DNA of 64,000 nucleotides from Nageia nagi (GCA_050084985.1 JBITNC010000001.1:42160001-42224000); one strand, 5' to 3'; positions 27,508-40,926 are shown, counted from the first letter of the stretch. Notes: generated by a model not told the origin, from the letters alone. Translations and numbers: made by a program.

Positions 27508-27991
27508 TTGCTAGAACATGCATTAAATGAAGGAAAGTGTCAATTTAGCTAGAAAATATAAGGCAACTACCACTTAAAAGTAAATTAAAGTGCATATCAG
27601 AATCAATCAGTACTTCCTTTAAGATCATATCCTACCACAATATTGATTCGATTATATTATCACTCAAAATGTAATACAACAAAGAGAAAGAGAGAAACAA
27701 GGTAAGAATCAAAGTAGTTGAGGCACATTAAAAGTAAATTAAAGTGCACTTTAATTTACTTTTAAGTGGCAGTTGCTAGAACATGCATTAAATGAAGGAA
27801 AGTGTTAATTTAGCTAGAAAATATAAGGTAACTGCCACTTAAAAGTAAATTAAAGTGCATATCAGAATCAATTAGTACTTCCTTTAAGATCATATCCTTC
27901 TACAATATTGATTCCATTATATTATCACTCAAAATGTAATGCAACAAAGATAAAGAGAGAAACAAGGTAAGAATCAAAGTAGCTGAGGCAC
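27508..27991 (+). repeat. 219-bp tandem duplication (27508-27726, 27773-27991) with an inverted templated insert at the junction
   Basis: The two copies are highly similar. The junction contains the perfect 38-bp palindrome TTAAAAGTAAATTAAAGTG|CACTTTAATTTACTTTTAA (27728-27765). Confidence 0.9.
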
Positions 27992-28512
27992 CAAATGAGA
28001 GATCTAAGATAGGGATAAATGAATGATTATAAAATATTACTCACACATTTAGTGATGAATGTAGTAATACATCACTAGGGAAATGAGGAATACCAACCTG
28101 AAAGGTTATTAAGAAGATAGAAGCAAGAAACAAACTAGAGGTTTCAAAAAGCTAGGAAGAGTTGGAAACGAAGCCAAAGCATGAGGGTATGTAAGAATCT
28201 AAAGTATATACTAAAATTATGATGCACGATATATATTATAGATAAAAGGAAATTTGTAAAAAGCATGTTCCTCTATGTAATAAATGGTCATTAAGCCTAG
28301 GAAAATTATCTTACCCTATAATTCAGTTCTTTTTAGCTGTAATGACATGGTTTGTTTTAAGATATGATATTAAGAAAAGATTATTTTTTAAGGATGAAAA
28401 TAACATCATTTTCAACCTATTTCAAGAATATTTTTAACAAGTGTTCATATTAACACATAGAGTAAAAGGTAGACCTATTTTGCATGAATGTTAAACCTAG
28501 TATTTTGTTAAA

Positions 28513-28576
28513 GAATAATAAATACAAAAACATTTTTAGCACTGGAATAATAAATACAAAAACATTTTTAGCACTG
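28513..28576 (+). repeat. Perfect 32-bp tandem duplication
   Basis: GAATAATAAATACAAAAACATTTTTAGCACTG occurs twice. Confidence 0.9.
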
Positions 28577-31500
28577 ATGATGTATTAGTTAGCAAGATAA
28601 AATTCCCCATTATTAGAAGCTTTATATCATTTTATGCAAAAGATATGATAACATCAACTATGTGTTAGGATATAAATATCCCTTGTTTATTTCTAGATAA
28701 GTAATCTCCTTGGTCTATAGAATCTCAAATACACCTCTATATGTCTTAAACTCAATTAGCCACATATATGAACACATGCACTCAAAATTCATAAACCTAA
28801 AAAATATATTCACATATAAGGAAAACTGGTGTTTAATCATTATTCCCTTTTTATGCATATCTACTAGGTTAGTTACGACCACACGTCTATGGGAGATGGA
28901 AGGATATAACTTCTCGAGAACATGTTTGTAAAGCATAACCTAAAATTTAACAATTGTTAGGATCATTTGCTAGGATTATTGATCATTTCTATTTAAGGAA
29001 TATTGGGTAGATTTCTTATATATCCCCCACCTAGAATGTTCCAATATTGCATATAATTTCTCAATTACTATCAAGAAAGAGAGGTATTCTTTATAGAAAT
29101 AGGAATATACATGAGAATGTCTAAAGGAAAACTTCAACTAAAATTATTTACAATTTTTTTTCCCCTATGTATATTATTTTTAGAAGCAATTAAAAACTAA
29201 TTTGAAGATATCAAATTCAAAGTTTCCAAAGAGAAAGGAAAATATTTCTTTCTTCTTTAATCATGTTTTATTGTCCATCATATTTAAAGGGTCTACTACA
29301 TCATTTCTAGGAGCCATTGATGTAAATTAATCAATACTCTTTTCGGGAGTTAGCTTGAAGAAATTTTAATCAACTATGAAAATTCAATAACATAGTAAAA
29401 TAAAATACCATAATAATTAGAGTTACACATAAGAAATAAAAATGTGAAGATGCTTTATCTTTGGTCTTCAAGCAAGGAGCTTCATGAAAATAAGTATGGG
29501 AGAAGTATAATCTTGATGATACAACATATTATACTTTGTTTTATGTGGGATTCTTGCTTGAAAAATTTTAAGGAATTAAGAGAAGTAGTTGTAAATGCCA
29601 TTGAGCCAATAGTAGAGTTGGTGGATCTAACTACATAAGATGATATTTTAAATTAGATAGAAAAAGGATATCCTGAAGAAGTAATTGTTCAATATATTGA
29701 AAATGCAAATCAAATATTGAATACCATATAGAAAAAACATAGAACAAATACATGAAGATGCCAAATATTTCTTCAATAATAAAATGATAACATGACCAAA
29801 AGAGACATATACATCATAACAAATGATCATGTATCAAAGTGATCATAGAAAAGAGAAGCTCTAAGAGGAAATCATAAAGAGGGATATAGTGCTAGCTTAA
29901 ACTAGTGTGCAAACAACCTATATCATTGTAGATACATAAGAGATAATGGTAACTACTAAATTAAAATAAAATCAAGTAAATAAGTGAAATGACAAACATT
30001 TTGAGAAAGTATCAACTTTTAATACTTCATCTTGGAGGATATAGAGTACATGAAAAGATGGGGATTGAAGGCCTTAAATAATCAACTAAAATAAGGGATT
30101 AATTTTTTTTACATGGTTTCACTATAATAGTAAAAAAGAAAATAGAAATAGAGCAACCTATCATTGAGAAAGGAGCTCCCAAACCCTATCTCAAATTCCT
30201 TTATCATGAGTCCATTAAGAATGATAGAGAAAAATTTGGCAATAATGGCAAGATAGATTGAAATAGATACTGAATATTTGGATTATAAGAAAGAGAAAGA
30301 AATATTTGTATTGAAAAATTTACCTTGAAAGAAGAAAGGATAAGACTTGCAAGTTTTTATAGGTGAACATGTGAATTATTCTGATAAGACTATTGAAGTA
30401 TTAGAACTTGGAAAATAAATATTATGAAAACAATATGAAGATAAATTGGTAGGAATTATTGTTCATATAGTTCTTCCTATCAAAGTTTATAGGCTTTTGA
30501 GGGTCGAATGTGAGCCTTAAAATATAGTCATTTGTAGTTTACATTGAAGCTAAGGGCAATGAAATTTATGACTCAAGAATTGAACCTGCTGAACTCACTT
30601 CCCCTATTATCATTAATTGGTTTGAAGAATAAGAAAAAAAATTAAAGTATGAAATACAAACAATAAAGGAAGAAAACATAAAGGTTGTAGAAGAACTTAA
30701 AGAAAGGCCCTTAAGCCCCACAAGCTAGTATGGAAATCATAAATAGAGTTCTATAGAATAACAAGGCTCAAGTAGTATTTCTATCTAAATTCTTGAAGTA
30801 TTTTGACATAATTTAGAAAACAATATAAACTATCAATGTTTCTACAAGAAAGTGAACTAAAGAGAGACATGATAAATGAAACAATGGCTAAAATAAATAA
30901 GAAAGAAGAAATATAAAGAATTAGTCAATGCTTATCTTCCTAAAATATGAATTCCTTATGTTCTTGAACTCTTCAAAATAAAAGTATATGATAAGGTATA
31001 AACGTTAGTAAATCAACAAACCAATATCATTGATTAATGGATTGAGGATGCAAAATAGAAATGGTTGTTTGTAGGAATGGAATGGAATGGAATGAAAGAT
31101 GGAAATAGATGAGGTACAAAAATTGTTCATAGCATTTATAAATCATATCAAATATTATCAAGGAACAAATAATGAAAAGATTGATATCACTTTAACAATA
31201 GAAAAAATATTTATCGAAATAGAGAAGTTGATGGAAGAATACACACATGAATTATTGCATAATAAATTAAGTAAAGCTTTAATGTTAGAAGATGAGTTTA
31301 AAAGAGATTCCAAATTGATATTAACCTATGGAAGATCTTGGAAAACTCATTACCAAGTTTATTGAATCAATAAGGTGACCAATGAGGAAAAGCCTTATGA
31401 TGACATCTATATAGAGCTTTTTCAAAGAAAGATGACAAAGTTGCAAAATAATTTGTATCATCATTGCAATGTCAGATAAGCATAAAACAAAAAGCTTAAG

Positions 31501-32468
31501 TAGGTAGTTATATCTTTTCCAAAGAACCAACAAGTGGGGGAATCACACCATCCAAGAGAATCAAAAAGTATCATCAACACGATTGAGTACTCTTAAATAA
31601 TAGTAGAGAGGAGTTGCATATCATTTCATCATTTTACTTTTTTTAGCCTTAGATGTATTATGCTTGTCCCTTATTATATGTTTCTTTTCACCATTATTTT
31701 TATTCTATGTATTCTTCCTCTTTTCAAGTATCCATTTAATTTAAAGGAACTAGTATTATTTAGGTTGTGCAATCATTTAAACCATTTGAGGTTAAGTTGA
31801 AGATAGAATATTAGAATAAGAACCATTTACCATATGTTATATCATTTGAATAGAGGAGGTTGTATAAGAATTTTAGTATGTGTGTTGTATAATGTAGTCC
31901 CTATGTATTATCAGTTTGAAACAATCAATATATTTGGTTTCTCTTTTGGTTATGTACCATGTGTTTGAATATTTCTTTATTGTATACCATAACAATATTA
32001 CAATATTTGAATCCTATTGATGTGTATTTCTTTTGTATCATTACATTTACTTGAAGTTGTATAATCTAAACAAAAAGTAAATGTGTTATTATTTGTGTTT
32101 ATTTCTTCTTAAGCATTGATATTATGTGTTATGAGCTTTTGACTTTAGTTTTTGTTGATGTTGTGGTTATTGAAGTTACATAATTTGAACAAGGCATAGA
32201 AATGCCCTTGTCTATTGTGATAGTAAGGATATAAACATTGATCTTAGGGTATTTATTTGAGTTCTTATTGAAAAATTGATCACACTAAAACCAAGTAGAG
32301 AATGAATGTCCTATGTAATGCAATAACATATTTTATTACTAAACTCAGGGGAGAAAAGTAGATCTAAAATAGGGTTAGATTCCTGAACTTGAAAGAAGGT
32401 GGTTAGGGTGAAATTAGTCCAAAAAGGAGATCAAAGGTGAATAATCTCATAATAATTGGATTCTAACA

Positions 32469-35400
32469 ACATTTGTGAGTCATGAAACTTAGTTTTAAAA
32501 TTTGATACAAAAAGCCTTTAATATTGTTCCTAATGATAAACTTTTAAAGTGTATGGTCGATTCATAAATACTTTTTTAACTACGAGTTATAATTTATACC
32601 CTTTATGAGTGAGTTTTCATCAAACTCAAAAACTAACCAAGGGTAGTATGAGGAAATTAATTGTAATATTAGAATTAAACAAGGATGTTTATTATCCTTA
32701 ACTCTATTTGGTAATTAGATAAATAATTTAGAAAGAGATTCATAAGAAGGTAGATTCATAATTATCATTTGCAACCTTATCATTATTCTCCTACTTTATG
32801 CAAATAATATTATCATGTTAGCTAAATATTACAATGATCTTGTAAAATAATTAAATATCATTCAGACATTTTGTAATTATAATTATTATATAGTTAATTT
32901 AGAAAAACCCAAAATTATAATTATTAAATTTAAAAAGATAATGCTTCACCCTAAAATCATCTTTTATAATCAACCTTTAGAGGTGAATCATTCTTACAAA
33001 TATTTAGGTATTGATAGTAGTTACAAACTAAATTAGAAACTAAATGTTGAAAAAATAATCTCTCTTCAATGGAAGGCCTTTATGGTTTGGAAAATAATTG
33101 TAAAAATGTGGAACATTGGAACTAGGACAAAAAGAAAACTCTTTTTACGTAACTCCAATTTTACGTAACTCCAATAATCCTCTATGGCTGTGAAGTTTGG
33201 GTTGAACGTCTTTATCAAAAAAAAAAAAAAAAATTGAATAAATCCAAAAATAATTCATTTATATAACTTCAAAATTAAAAATAATAGGCCATACTTTATC
33301 CTTATCATGAAAGCTCATCTACTCCCAATTGAAGGAGAAGCTCTAAGATGATTTATATTATACAATTATAAACTAACAAAATTAGATCATCATAAGCTCC
33401 TCGTAATTGCCCAACAAACTTGTCTAACATATCAACATATTAAAAGAAGCTAGCTAAAATACTCTAATAAGTGGCTTGTTATTTGGAGCATGCATAATAA
33501 TATAACCGCTATAGTTAATATAAAATTAAAATTACGAATAAATATAAGATAATTATATTAATGTCCATAAGTGTTTAAATAGGTCAAAGGGACTAGGAGG
33601 TATAACAAATAAACTAAGGGGAAAGTCCCTAAAGAAGATATTCAACTAAGATATAATAAATAAACAAACATAGGGGTGGGGTGTGTGAAAATCACTAAAC
33701 CCAAACCATAGTATTACAATATTGAATCACTCCTAGCATCCAAGGTTAGAGGATTGTTAGTATCCATGAAGAAAGCAATAATGAGGGATTGCATACGTTA
33801 TCTTGACAACAAACATAAAGAGGAGCCTTGATGCTGATCAAAAATAGGTGTGTGACACGTAATATGAGAAGGTTGTTGGGGGCTCTAGGTGATGGCTTTT
33901 GAGTCAACCACAATTTGTCTAGAGGAATACGATCAATGGAAAAATTGATAGACTAGAACAAAGAACCAATAGTGTTGACATCTAGATAAGCCTATGGACG
34001 TCATGTCCTCATATGAGAAAAGGGCTAGGAAAGAATACCCTTCACACCTAAAGGTGTATCCCCATAGATCTAAGTCTATTAATACAGAGGATAATTTGAA
34101 AGATGCATTTGAAATGAAGGGGTGGAGTTGGGAACTCAATCTGGAAAATGCACAGGAGGACCATCCTTTTGTAATGAATTAAATGTTGGAACATCAAATT
34201 TTAAAGTCATTATGAATAGGTCCAATCAATGGATTATAGACTAGGAGCGTAAAACCTTTGAACCATATGTGGCAATCGGTGGAACAATGTTATTAAAGAG
34301 GTGCATCTTTAAAGGGATAGTCTAAAGTGGAACTAAAAACATTGATCTTCTAGCATAAAGAGGGAAACATAGCACTTCCAAAGACGTCATCAATAGGTAG
34401 GTCTCAAACTACAAGAGGGTTGGGGAATGAATGTGTTGTCTCTAATTAGAGGTACTTTTCCATTGGTGGGGAAGATAGATGGAGGTGTTAAAGGTGCTTT
34501 GTGGTTGTTTCTTCTCACATTATTGCTTGCTTGATTTTTGCACTCCTTTGGTTGGACACCCTCCCAATTTTTGAATCATTATTGCCCATTCATTCTCCAA
34601 CCACAATATTCATTCCCCAAGCATAACACATGGCACAACATTATTTCTACTACTGTGCCAATGGTAAATCTATAGTAGAAAACCTCATTAAAGAAATGGA
34701 AAAGTAGAAAAGCAAGTGAATCAACTCCATGTTTGAGGAACTCCACTTGGAAAACCTTTTAGTCTATATATTTATTGGTGCCACGTTTTTAATAGCTTTC
34801 TTGATGTCACTTGTATGAAATGATTAATAAGAGGCGACAGGGGAAGAGACAAGGATGACATGTTGACCAAGGGCATCATAAAGGGTGTTAGCATAAGCAA
34901 CCCAACACTAGGTATTGATGGCAAAAGCTATGGATATCTTAGGGAGGAGGGTGTAGCAAAAGGATTTGGGGTGGTGGATGGCATTGAGTTACACAAGTCA
35001 CTTAAAAGCAAGATATTCATGTTTATTATGCCTCATGATGCAACATTATTCTCAATTCATATTGGGTATGGAGGAAGGGTCGTGGACTAAGGAGGAATAA
35101 AGCTTCCAATGGAAAAAATTACAGTCTTCATCGTACCAACAATTCATAGGACAAGAAGTGTGAGGATGAGATGGATGAGAATGAAAAACTTTGAGAGATG
35201 AGGACTTCAAGGCAGCATTCTAAAGGGCATTGGATAAAAAAAGTTGTATATAGTGATGGTGATAGGAAGTGAAAGCAAGTGGAATTCAAATTATCAATAA
35301 TTTAATTTTTTTTTAGAGTAATGATAATATAAAAAATTGAAAGAAATAAAAATATCATCAACCCAAAACTTGAATATCCATTTTACACAAGATTATCAAT

Positions 35401-35700
35401 CTCAAAAAGAAACTTATGATCGCAAGATTAAGAACTAATTGACATGAACTACATAGTGAACCATGTATATGGATGATACCTAAAACACCATTGGATAAAA
35501 GAATATGCAAGTTTTGTACCTTAAATACCATAGAAGATTGGACTCACTTTCACCTTATTTGCCTATTTTACAAAGATATTAGACAAACCTATAATGATAT
35601 TTGTAATTACAACCCAATCCATAAATTCTTAAACTAAGATGATGAAAACAAGTTTGGCAATTTTATTATGAATCTTAATTTTGTTACAAACAATCATTTA
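32469..35700 (+). mobile_element. Decayed non-L1 LINE (RTE/RTEX/CR1-like RT plus C-terminal CCHC finger), interrupted at ~33570-35320
   Basis: KKAFNIVPNDKL ~32510, IKQGCLLSLTLFG ~32673, LLLYANN (YADD) ~32790, VNLEK ~32893, YKYLGID ~32995, VTPIILYGCEVW ~33165-33200. After the insertion: ARLRTN*HEL...DKRICKFCTLNTIEDWTHFHLICLFYKDIR 35420-35583. Confidence 0.8.
33570..35320 (-). mobile_element. Degenerate insertion within the RTE-like LINE (possibly an L1 3' portion plus an unclassified repeat)
   Basis: Separates two collinear halves of the LINE. Weak zf-RVT-like traces ~33770-33920 on the minus strand. 34420-34580 is homologous to 36370-36540. Confidence 0.35.
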
Positions 35701-38700
35701 AATACGTAAACAATATATATTTTTGGATAAATTTTAATAAATCTTACAAACCATTGGCTTTTAAAGGATGTTAAAATACATCATTCATATGCATTCAATA
35801 TATCAAACAAGACTTGAAGCCCACAACATAGCATAAACAAGGCTCGAAGACAAAAAATAGACAAGAGGATAGATCAAGCAAACTTTAAAATGAAGGCCAA
35901 ATATAGTGCATCAACTAGTTGAATTTCCAACTTTTTCAAATGGACCCAAGTTTACAATTCAGATGCCTCTCTTTATAATCTTCTAGGCTTTTTATATTGA
36001 TCTTGTGGGGATTTATCCCAAATCTTCATTGATGATGAGGGTTTGTAGTGTGCTGCAATTCCAACACTTCCTCTTTATAGCCATGGCACTTTCCTAGTAT
36101 AACTTAATTTAGACAACCATTGAATTTATGACTTTGACCATTCCAATTTTCAATTTTTCTCATTCACGATGCCCATTAATGAGTACTTTGGCCCTGCTCT
36201 TTATTTCTTTATGATCAATTCTCTATAATTTTCATTCTTAACATGCTTGGTGATGAATGCCATTTCTTCAAAATTTAATATCTCTAACCATTTTATTTGA
36301 TTGAGTACACCTTAGTGGTCTCAAGTATGGGCTACATCTAGTTAAGATATTATGTTGCAAAATGAATGTTGTGATTGGGGAATGAATGTGTTGTCTTTAA
36401 TTGGACTTAGTATGCCATTGGTGGGAAAGATGGCTGAAAGTATTAAATGTGCTTTATGGTTTTTGCTTCTTGCATTATTGCTTGCTTGAATGTTGCCCTT
36501 CTTTGATTGGTTTCCCTCCCTAATTTTAAATCATCATTACATAAGTAGATGTGCCCTTGTCACAAGTTATGTTTGTGGGCCCCTCTATTTTCTTCATTTG
36601 GCTAATGGCAAAAAACAAATTCATTCAATTCTTCATGAAGTTGCTTAAAAAGCATTGATCCTTTGATCAACAACTAGATCGACAATATAAACTATTAGGC
36701 AATTAGTATTAATCTTTAGTACTATTACTTAAGCTAACATATTAAAAGGTTACCTTAGATACCTAACTTTAAGTCATCTACTTATTAAATGATAAAATAT
36801 TAAATAAAATATAAAATCAATATATTTATGAAAAAATAAATATTTTATAGTTGATTTTCTATTTATGATAATCATCAACCTTTATTTCATATAATTGCTA
36901 TTAATCATGAAGTTTTAGACAACAATCCCAATATATCTTGATGCCATATTATTCTTCTTTTGCTTTGCTTTTCTTTTCTTTTTTTTGCTTTATTATTTCT
37001 TCATGTTTCATATTGATTTCTTGGGTGATATTCAGTTGACGTATCTTTTTTCAATCAACTTGATAGTGGAGCGTTGCTTTGAAAATGCATCTTTATCCAT
37101 AGGAGCCTTAACAACACCTCCCACGATCATTGAGATTAACGTGCTTTGTTTCTCATTCGCTCTTCATTTTCACTTAGCAAAAACTGTGGGCTTCCCTGCT
37201 TGTCTCCTGTTTGCCAATGTTTTGTCACCCCTTTTGCCCTCCTTGAATAACTCATTTCTTTTCTTTTTCTGTGATTAATGCTCACTGTTGATCAATTAGA
37301 TCTATAGTGAATCCTGCCCCTTCCGTAGCCATTTTGTGGCTTTAGTGCTAATACTGAAATATTTACTACATAAAAGATAATTAAAAACAATAAGAAGAAA
37401 GCTTTAGACTACTAATGATAGTTTTATCTTCCCTAAATTAAGATGGCCTGTGTATGCAAAATCTGTCTCAAAAGATGTGCTTTAAAGGGCTAGAACTTCT
37501 TAACAGGAAAATAGCATGCTTTCTAACTAGAGTTGAAAATCTTCAACTAGCAATTTCAATTTTGATTAATCAAGAAGGTTATTAATACTGCAACCTTGGA
37601 GTAGGGTGTCCTTGCCCATCTAGGAGGAATATTATGTAGTTCTTAGAGGTACGGGAACAGAGGGTGCAGAGCCAAGTATGACAGCACATGCTGGCTACCC
37701 TACAAAAGCGTCATTCCTTGCCTGATTAACAATAATCTATAAGCAACTTGTCAACTTCTCTCAAAATGAGTTGTTGAAATTGAAGCTTGCTTGTAGAAAT
37801 GTTGCTCTTTATGTAAAAAAAAACACATGATAAAAAGGGTGCATAATTGAGTGATCATTTGAATCTTATCCAACATAGTGCCATACTTTTGGAACCAAAT
37901 TTTCAACAACAAAATTGCCAACATAGCTACAAGGAGAGGAGGCTTAGAGTACAGTTACAAAGAGAAAGACAAGCAATTTTCAAATAATGTACAAAAACAT
38001 TAGCAGTTTCTTAGAAATTATAATTGCTAATTTTCTGAAATGCAATTACTTAAACATGTAGATCTCTGGTTATATGTGTCTGTTGCACTAATTAAAGCCT
38101 AAATATTGTTGCGTACATATGAAAACTTCCACGATAACATGAAATTTTTTTTTGAGTTTTTTAAAATATATCCCCAACAGTAGAAAATATTGAAAATGTT
38201 CACATATGGAGAAATCTAACCAACAGAGGAAAACCTAAATTTTGCTTAGTAGAATATAATTATCTTTGTCATCCACAAGCAACTTGAACAAAGTAGAAAA
38301 GTGTACAAGTGACCTGATATTTAAACACAAAATGATCAACCAACTCAAATGAAAAATATTACCCAACAGAGACTTTGAAACAAGAGCTCTGACAATAATT
38401 TTGACAACACTATATTATACAAAGAATTAACTTCCATATGCACAAGCACTTAGTCTCAAATATACAAATAAGTTCTTCGCAATATTAAAAGGAAACAACT
38501 GGGCTTACATGATGAGAAAGATACTTCAAAATAGAAAAGTTAAAATTATTATGAATGGGTAATTGATTTCTGTGATCTAATGAAATTGATTATAAATAAT
38601 GGTTATAACCGAACAAAAAACAATAATGTATTCTCTGCAATACATTTCATGAAGATGTAGTGGTAGTGGTTGAATTCAACACTTACTGGTTTCTGTAAAT

Positions 38701-40179
38701 CAATATTCTTATAAAATATTGAGAAACTGTCAACACAAAAATAATGAACAATGTATTAAAACATGTGCATTTATAAGTCTATGGAATGAAAATAGATTAA
38801 TAAGCAAATGCAATAGATGATCTAGCAATCTAGGATCTTCAGATTTATTTGGAGAGTGAACGATTGGAATCTCGCTGATGGACAACTCATGATCTTGGAG
38901 GATGAACCCTAGCTGCAACCAAATGACAGACGATGATTCTAGAGATGATAATCCTAAAGAAAATTCTGAAGATGATAATCCTAAAGATAGTTCTGAAATG
39001 ATGATTCTGATTTGGATGATGCTAGAACAGCTGTGGAGATATTCTAGAATGATTTGGTTCAACCATAAAGGCTGTCAAGGCTTGGAACTAGAGCATCCAC
39101 ATTTTGGATTTGCAGTGCTAGGGAATTGGGCATTTTGGACTTAGGTGTCAAAACACTAGTGTTCTAGCCTGGATGCCCATTTCAAATTGCACTTTCCGAT
39201 ATGCATGTTTGGGATCCTTTCATGTTCTTGCAATTCAACTGCGATAATAGAACGTGATATTGTCATATTTTTTGTTTTTTCTCAATTAGCTTTCATAATG
39301 GCAATTCTTGATGATTGAACATAACGTTTCTTTTGTCATATCCTGAAATGAGCACTTGGGAACGCCATAAAAAGGTTTCACAAATTGGAATTTGAGTTCA
39401 CCTAGATGGACCCACTTAGAAAAATGTGCATAGAAGATAATGCTAATTTTAAAAAATTCGCTTAAGTTAACCTTGATTTACCCAAAATGAATCAAATTAA
39501 CATTTTGCACAAATACAGTATATCACTTAAATAAATTCACTTTTAGATAGTTAAAATGCAATTTTAAGTGTCCATAGAAACCATTTACATCTAAAAAAGT
39601 GCATATTGCAACTCAAAGAATATAGAACATCTGAGTGTACCTGATAAACAGGGAACACATACATAGATTACTCTGAAAAGAATAAGTCCAAAGCACCTAT
39701 AAGTGACAGAATATAAGTTCTCGAACAAGGAATTAGATACGCATGGGCAACTCATTCTGCAACCAATATACATGGAATAACTGCAGCATCTCAAAGTTTG
39801 TAAGTAGTCTGCAACCAGTAAGGTGAAGATAAGCACTGGGATTTGGCTTTCATCTTCTTACTATCGAGTTGTTTTACATGCCAAATTTGTGAACAAAATT
39901 TATTTTTTTTTATCTTGTACATGCTTGAAGTTCATTTAATGGCAAATATTGCATGCAAAAAAATGCGTACTGAACAGCTTAAGGTCAATTTTAGTACCGG
40001 ATTTGGTATTCAATTTTCAATGCCTAAAGGTAAACTACGGATTTGGCATTCAATTTTCAATGCCTAAAAGTAAATATTAAGTTCCTGTGAAAGAGTTTAA
40101 TATAACTGAATAGCTTAAGGTCAAGTAATCCAGATGAAGCCTATGTGTAGCAATAGAATTGATTCTTATTTATTATAGT

Positions 40180-40280
40180 TTACTTCAGCTTTTCACAGAA
40201 GTCAGGGAGGTCCACAAGATTGATGCGCAGAATACCACTTGCTTCCCTGCGTTCATTTGGAGTATTGTAACCCCATGTGC
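40180..40280 (-). CDS. HAD-superfamily protein (At2g45990-like), last coding exon
   Basis: Acceptor TGTGCAG. Encodes (G)TWGYNTPNERREASGILRINLVDLPDFCEKLK*, with stop TAA at 40180-40182. Matches the recalled C-terminus of the plant/cyanobacterial family (GxWGYNT...F..KLK). Confidence 0.9.
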
Positions 40281-40400
40281 CTGCACATAAGAAAATAGGA
40301 AAGACATCATCATACAATATCAACTAGCTTTCAGCTGCAAAGGTGTAAAAATGTACTTTGGAGTAAACGCAAAGCAACAAAATAAGCTCAAAATTCATAC

Positions 40401-40477
40401 CAAGATATAGGTTCCAGTTATCCAGCTCTGGGTCCTTGATCACGTTCTTTAGGGTGGCAAGCCTATCTTCCACAAAA
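40401..40477 (-). CDS. HAD-superfamily protein (At2g45990-like), internal exon
   Basis: AG/GTATGA boundaries, 77 bp. Encodes (H)FVEDRLATLKNVIKDPELDNWNLYL(G), containing the HAD motif IV-like FVED. Phases fit both neighbours. Confidence 0.92.
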
Positions 40478-40713
40478 CTGTTAACAGTAGAATCTGGACA
40501 AGCTCAACCATTTATATTTCATGAAAGCTCAATAAAAACAAATTTGTGTAATGCAGAAAAACAGCCTCCATAGTATTATTGCTCTGATCTTTTCTATTCA
40601 ATATTTTTCCTATTTCTCTTCAATAAATGCTGCATGTCTACAATAAGAAATGAAACAAAAACACAAAGGTGTGGCAAGTGAAAAATACAGAAACAAAGTT
40701 AAGAGATTCATAC

Positions 40714-40776
40714 TGCAGAGTCAATTGAGAGTGCTCAGGCTTGCTTTGGAGTTCCTTCAGAACCTCAACCTTTGGT
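40714..40776 (-). CDS. HAD-superfamily protein (At2g45990-like), internal exon
   Basis: TTTTCAG/GTATGA boundaries, 63 bp. Encodes (G)PKVEVLKELQSKPEHSQLTL(H), containing the motif III Lys. Confidence 0.92.
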
Positions 40777-40926
40777 CTGAAAATTGTAAACGTAAAGTAT
40801 CTTGAGTACTGAATTTACTTTTGCCTATGTAATTTTTTGCAAAATTAAAATTTAAATGGTTGAAGAAAGTAAAATCCTTAGCAAGTTTAGCATTGGACTC
40901 GACAACTTATTGAGAAATTAACTCAC

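Larger units (their letters stand above)
24130..32468 (+). mobile_element. Very old LTR-element remnant: decayed long accessory ORF region followed by a probable LTR ending at 32468
   Basis: Purine-rich, E/K/N-coding-like plus strand with many stops. WFVLRYDIKKRLFFKDENNIIFNL at ~28348 resembles the element-X ORF. Ends ...GGATTCTAACA abutting a LINE RT. Left boundary uncertain. Confidence 0.4.

Noticed and set aside
31075-31095. (GGAAT)n satellite or telomere-like repeat
   Set aside because: Only about 4 units; a simple microsatellite.
36985-37278. 97-aa ORF, or a plus-strand terminal exon after the pyrimidine tract (TATTCAG|TTGACG..., reading DVSFFNQLDSGALL*)
   Set aside because: No recognisable homology and no partner exon found in the window; cannot be supported without RNA data.
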